Origin: Leidyana gryllorum EB-2025a
Lineage: Eukaryota > Protista > Apicomplexa
Assembly (NCBI GenBank): GCA_048772705.1
Contig: JBLWGC010000047.1
Coordinates: 1-64,000 of the forward strand
Direction of reading: 5' to 3'
DNA length: 64,000 bases
This document shows, one piece after another, positions 59,592 through 64,000 of this stretch. Positions within the stretch are counted from its first letter, which is position 1; each line of letters opens with the position of its first letter. The notes beneath the pieces are model-generated. The model made no database searches, was not told where the DNA came from, and saw nothing but the letters and a program-made list of their open reading frames with translations. A program made the position numbers and the translations under genes.

Positions 59592-60539
59592 ATGGAAGCT
59601 TACGCTCTTGACAAGTTCCGGATACCGAATGAGTATGCCGAAGCGGAGCGAATGTTGGTCAAAAGGCCCCAGGAGGCTCTGGAGACGCAATATCTCATCG
59701 ATCGTCGTTGGCGAGAAGAAAACTGGGTTGGAGCTCCCGAGTTCAACCGAGCCGCTGAACAGCATTACAACATCACTCGTACCCTCAAACATCGCGAGCT
59801 CGCCGTTAGTTGGATGGGTGGAGAGGACGTCGTGTCCATAGACTCCATCTACGTGCGCGATACAGTCTTGATGACGCCTGCCGGCATGGTCACGTGTCTT
59901 CTGACCAAGACATCTCGGCTTGGCGAAGCTGACGAGACCGCCGAGTACCTCGATCAACTTGGAGTGCCTCTAGTCGGGGCCATCGAGTACCCCGGTAAAC
60001 TCAACGGCAGTGATGCGGTATGGTTTGATTCGAGCAATCTTATCGTTGCTGAGACCGATGAAACGAATGCTGAAGCTATCGACCAACTTCGAAAGATCTT
60101 TGCTGCCCACAAAGCCCTAAAGAATGTGAAAATTCATCACTTTGATCTTCGCGAACTCAATAAGAAAATTGAAAAAGATGCGGAGGGCCAAGTCAAATAC
60201 CGAGTCCGCGGCTGTCTGAACAGTGCCCTCTCTTTTATCTCCAACAAGTGGGCCGTCCTGTGCCCAGAGAGACTCCCCCCTCCACTCCTGCAGCTGTTAA
60301 AACAACTAGACTGCCAATTCATAGAGTGTTCCCTCGAAGAATGGAACAATTTCAATTGTGAAGTATTTATGCTCATGCCCCACAAGGGATTCATGGCCGA
60401 TGAACCAGGTGCCAAGGATATTGCCGACAAGATCAAAGACAAATGCAATGTCTATATTAAGCTATTCAACATGCCCGATCTCCTGCTAGGCCGCGCGGGT
60501 TTAGCTGGCATTGTGTGTCCTTTTCTACGTAGCCAATGA
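59592..60539 (+). CDS. Amidinotransferase/DDAH-fold (pentein) protein, catalytic residues degenerate
   Basis: AAEQH, DSIYVRDT, RLGE, GKLNGSD, TNAEAI. Confidence 0.8.
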   Translation: MEAYALDKFRIPNEYAEAERMLVKRPQEALETQYLIDRRWREENWVGAPEFNRAAEQHYNITRTLKHRELAVSWMGGEDVVSIDSIYVRDTVLMTPAGMVTCLLTKTSRLGEADETAEYLDQLGVPLVGAIEYPGKLNGSDAVWFDSSNLIVAETDETNAEAIDQLRKIFAAHKALKNVKIHHFDLRELNKKIEKDAEGQVKYRVRGCLNSALSFISNKWAVLCPERLPPPLLQLLKQLDCQFIECSLEEWNNFNCEVFMLMPHKGFMADEPGAKDIADKIKDKCNVYIKLFNMPDLLLGRAGLAGIVCPFLRSQ

Positions 60540-60819
60540 CCGGACCTCTCGAAACCAGCGCTGCTTCAAATCTGTTATAGTGACTATCTGAGGGCAATAA
60601 GAACCCCCCAATCCCATCTCAATCAATTCCGCCAACCCTTTCGTACATACAGACAACCCGACCGACATCGTTCGTGCCGGCCCAGCAGACTCCGCCAGCG
60701 GTTTACTTTGGCTGTTGAAAACAACACATCTTTCGGGAAACCAGACGAAAAGTCACCAGGCTGACCACTGAATTCCCTGTGTGTGTCTTCGTGCACACAA
60801 TTTACAAGTTTGGGGGGAA

Positions 60820-62454
60820 CTAGGGGACGTAACCCCACCACATCCTGTCTTGCTCAGGTGTAAGTCTATTTCCACTATCAAAGAAGCTATCTTGGTTTTG
60901 ATATGCCCGCAAGAACATCGTTTGGCCGAGAGACGGCAGCATCTCGCAAACGGACCAAAATCGTTCCGGTCGCTTGTACCATCTCTCAGCAAAGTGGGGA
61001 AGACGTTCTTGTGCATAAAGAAAGTCCCCTCCAACTATTCGCACCCACTCAGCATAATAGTCAGCATTGTTCATCTGGCAGCCTTCCACAGTGGCATTGG
61101 GACTTATTCCAGATAGCATCCAAACGCCTTTCCGCTCGTGCAGGTATCGAATGAGTCCATATTTGACCACTTGCAGTATTGTATCACCATTGAACGGACT
61201 TCCAATGAACCTCTCAAAAAGATACTGCTCATTGTCAACGTCCTGCGGGTTCGGGTGGTAGATCCGACTCCGGAAGCCCGGCTGACGCAGGGGTTCGATG
61301 TGAATTTCATACGGAGTGTCACTGCCTCGGAGCTCGCGCAGCAGACGCAGCGGCCAATAGGACTCTGCCGTGACGTCTGGTGGTGGGGTTGCGGTAGGGG
61401 CGGTCGGAGTCGTAACAGAGATCGGTTTCGAGGTGGCAGAGGAAGTGGCCTTGGGGCTAAGGTCTGAGGTTGCGAGAATGCTTAGAAGGGTGGAAGCAGC
61501 CTCCTGGAGACGGCGTGCTGCTGCAGGGGGAGACCGTGACTCGGATTTCGGCGGTGACACAGAAGTGTGTGCATCGGCAGCGGTCGCCGCCGCTGTCAAC
61601 AGGGCGGACAGCATTGTCGCCGCCTCCATAGGGGTGTTGTGTGACGTCGTCCCTGGAGGCTTAGTACTGGTGACTTCGGCAGCGAGTTGAGCCATGAAAC
61701 TATTTGCGAATGCGGTCGAGGACGACGTCGATGGAGTCGTTGCTACATGTGTGACAGGCGGTGTGGAGACGGTGTCAGCGGGAGGGACCTTGCGGTCGAT
61801 CCAGTCGTTCTTGTGTTGGAGAAGGTACTCTACGTCATCGTGGCGCAGTGTGGGCCAAGGATCGTGTGGGAAGTGGTGTTCATGGGAAATGTTAGAATTG
61901 ATAGTAAAGCGGCTTCGTGGGTCAACATGCAGGTCAGCCCAAATCTGGTCCCCTCGTTTGACCGGGATAGAGAATGGCGGAACGAGAACAAAATGCTTGG
62001 AATAGCGGCAAAACGAAGACGGTGACACTGCAGCCGAGAGGCTCTCGTAGAGTATCTGCGAGGGTGTGCGATGGCCCTGGGAATACGATACTGCTGGGTC
62101 AATCCACCTGGGCAAAGAATGGGGTTTGAATGTGTGCCTGTCTTGATCCACGAGATGTACTCTTCCCATAAAAATGTTAGATCGTGGAGGAGGGTGTGTG
62201 TGTCGCGCTCTCAGATTGGTGTCTTCTTGGTCGTCATAGCGTTCCTCGAGCGTGAGTTTCTCCCGCCTTATAGTGTGTAGGCGTACACGAGCGTCTTCAT
62301 ACCATAGCTGCCAAACTTGCGAGAAGGAGAAGGTCGATTGGGGCTCGTAAAATATCAAGCAAATTGTGGTGGAGTCATGAGAGGCTGCAAGCACCGTTGG
62401 GGCCCATATGGCTAGAAATAGGATCGGTACACAGAGATACCATCTACGGCCCAT
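60820..62454 (-). CDS. Secretory-pathway protein resembling a divergent GT14 (core-2/I-branching, DUF266) glycosyltransferase with an S/T/P-rich insertion
   Basis: N-terminal hydrophobic segment; ICLIFY...VWQLWY, HFVLVPPFSIPV...IWADL, AESYWP and HFAERW resemble GT14 blocks. Confidence 0.45.
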   Translation of the reverse strand: MGRRWYLCVPILFLAIWAPTVLAASHDSTTICLIFYEPQSTFSFSQVWQLWYEDARVRLHTIRREKLTLEERYDDQEDTNLRARHTHPPPRSNIFMGRVHLVDQDRHTFKPHSLPRWIDPAVSYSQGHRTPSQILYESLSAAVSPSSFCRYSKHFVLVPPFSIPVKRGDQIWADLHVDPRSRFTINSNISHEHHFPHDPWPTLRHDDVEYLLQHKNDWIDRKVPPADTVSTPPVTHVATTPSTSSSTAFANSFMAQLAAEVTSTKPPGTTSHNTPMEAATMLSALLTAAATAADAHTSVSPPKSESRSPPAAARRLQEAASTLLSILATSDLSPKATSSATSKPISVTTPTAPTATPPPDVTAESYWPLRLLRELRGSDTPYEIHIEPLRQPGFRSRIYHPNPQDVDNEQYLFERFIGSPFNGDTILQVVKYGLIRYLHERKGVWMLSGISPNATVEGCQMNNADYYAEWVRIVGGDFLYAQERLPHFAERWYKRPERFWSVCEMLPSLGQTMFLRAYQNQDSFFDSGNRLTPEQDRMWWGYVP

Positions 62455-62531
62455 ATCTTCCCTCTTTTTTCTGTTGCCGACATCGCTCAACGCGGTGTTT
62501 GTCTAATGTGCCATTTAGAATTTTCAAGAGA

Positions 62532-63794
62532 ATGCGCTTCAAGGCTCCTGGGATCGCAGGTGTCCGTGTACTCATGACAGGTTGTGTCATCCGGTATCAT
62601 GGCGCCAAAGTAATCAGTTACTTTGCTCGTCACGGTATCGCGTTCCGAGATGGACGATTAGTCGTGCCCTTCTTCTTTCTGCTGTCGGGATTCTTCTCTT
62701 ACATGAGTTTGTCAAAGATGTGTGCCAACGGGAACACTTGCATCAAAAGTTCCATCGCCTTTGTAGCCCGCCGATGTCTCCCAGTGATAATCCTCGGATA
62801 CTTCTTGCACTGTGTCTGGATGCTAACTTTCAGCGCAGAGACTCTCAAAACTCCACTGGGCGGGTGGCGTCGGGCCACAGAACCCCTCTTTTATCGGTGG
62901 TATCTTCGATTTAACGATCCGGGCGCTTGGTATTCCCCGAATATTGCCATGTGGTACATCAGTGTTCAACTCCTCTTCTGGCTCATATCGCCAGCATTGG
63001 CTCTACCGCTGGTGGCTCTCCGCCGATTCCGGATACCAATCTTTGTCTCAGCTGCGGGACTCGATTTGGCTATGATCTGGTTGGCTCCGGACGATGCCAC
63101 ACTACCGATCCCCTACAAGGATTCGATTTACTGCGCTCCCATTCTCAGACTGCCCACATACTTTTGCGGAATGGCGTTTGGATGTCTCTTGCTGGAAGGT
63201 CCCGACCCGAAAGCGCCCTCTGATCACCGCACCAGTAAACTTCAAGGGCTCCTCTTCGATCTCGGTATAGTAGGGGGCATTGTATTCATGGCTCGAGTTC
63301 TACGACAACAACATCTCGACCACCGCTCTGTAATGGTCGCCGAAGCCTACGCTTTCAATTGGCTCTTTATGCTTTTAATCACGGGACTGGCCATACCCCA
63401 CGTCTCTTCCAACAGTCTTCTTGGCCGATCTCTGGCATCGAGATGGATGAGATCTCAAGCCACTGGAGCTCTCAGCTTCATGTTCTACTGCATACACATC
63501 CCGGTTGGTATCTGGCTCGGGGGCTGGCAGTCCACCAAGACTCTGTCTCACATGTGTATATGGACATACTGGCTCGGTGTGGTCCTACACGGCGCATTCT
63601 ATGTACCTATGCAAAACTTTGTTTTCAAGACTATTCAAGTATTACAGAGCAAAGAAATTGCTCAAATGTTGTTGCCATCAGCGAAAGTTGCGCCAACACA
63701 CAACAAAACCTTTCAGTTCCGTCCGTTTGAAGTTGATTTTAATGCTATCGAACTCAATAATAGTCCAGGCACACCGCAAAGACCGCGGTGTTGA
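62532..63794 (+). CDS. Acyltransferase-3 (OafA/YrhL-like) polytopic O-acyltransferase
   Basis: IAGVRV...YH, VPFFFLLSGF, WYISVQLLFW, SFMFYCIH; about 10 TM segments. Confidence 0.85.
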   Translation: MRFKAPGIAGVRVLMTGCVIRYHGAKVISYFARHGIAFRDGRLVVPFFFLLSGFFSYMSLSKMCANGNTCIKSSIAFVARRCLPVIILGYFLHCVWMLTFSAETLKTPLGGWRRATEPLFYRWYLRFNDPGAWYSPNIAMWYISVQLLFWLISPALALPLVALRRFRIPIFVSAAGLDLAMIWLAPDDATLPIPYKDSIYCAPILRLPTYFCGMAFGCLLLEGPDPKAPSDHRTSKLQGLLFDLGIVGGIVFMARVLRQQHLDHRSVMVAEAYAFNWLFMLLITGLAIPHVSSNSLLGRSLASRWMRSQATGALSFMFYCIHIPVGIWLGGWQSTKTLSHMCIWTYWLGVVLHGAFYVPMQNFVFKTIQVLQSKEIAQMLLPSAKVAPTHNKTFQFRPFEVDFNAIELNNSPGTPQRPRC

Positions 63795-64000
63795 CTCACT
63801 CACTATGTAATAAACGTCTTCCCCCGCCCCCCCGCACTCGCCGGCGGCACACTGAAATGATTCATTCGTTTCTCGCACTTTCTCTTTCACTCTCTCTCTC
63901 TCTCTCTCTCAATTGGATGGAAACGCAAAAACGATACTCCCCTGTTTTAGGAGCGTGAGGAAGTTCGGCAACTCCTCCCTCTCCTCCAAGTCCTTCCGCA

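Noticed and set aside
57781-63910. (GA)n and (TC)n tracts at about 57781 and 63890
   Set aside because: Ordinary intronic or intergenic microsatellites.

Overview
This window is eukaryotic and very compact. Its introns are mostly 38-51 nt GT-AG and intergenic gaps are often under 110 bp. An alveolin/IMC gene and the overall gene content point to an alveolate, most likely a gregarine-type apicomplexan (inference). From left to right: (1) a young, near-complete Ty3/gypsy LTR retrotransposon on the minus strand, with 179-bp LTRs identical over the 176 nt visible in both, a tRNA-Pro-type PBS inside the gag reading frame, and a +1 frame break before integrase; (2) three divergent two-exon F-box genes plus a decayed relic; (3) small secreted or surface orphan genes; (4) a housekeeping block in mostly alternating orientation (SMARCAL1-like helicase, PP2C, two CCCH zinc-finger genes, LysRS, claudin-like protein, atypical dual-specificity phosphatase, alveolin, FHA-RINGv, VPS8-like, F-box/PP2-like, ZIP transporter, SPRY-META); (5) a five-gene array of secreted proteins with an integrin-beta-like VWA domain, a mucin stalk and a Cys-rich tail, showing signs of gene conversion; (6) LeuRS overlapping a CAX antiporter at their stop codons, a catalytically degenerate amidinotransferase-fold gene, and a head-to-head GT14-like / acyltransferase-3 pair. 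No tRNA, rRNA or CRISPR was seen. All family assignments come from motif recognition by eye, with no database search.
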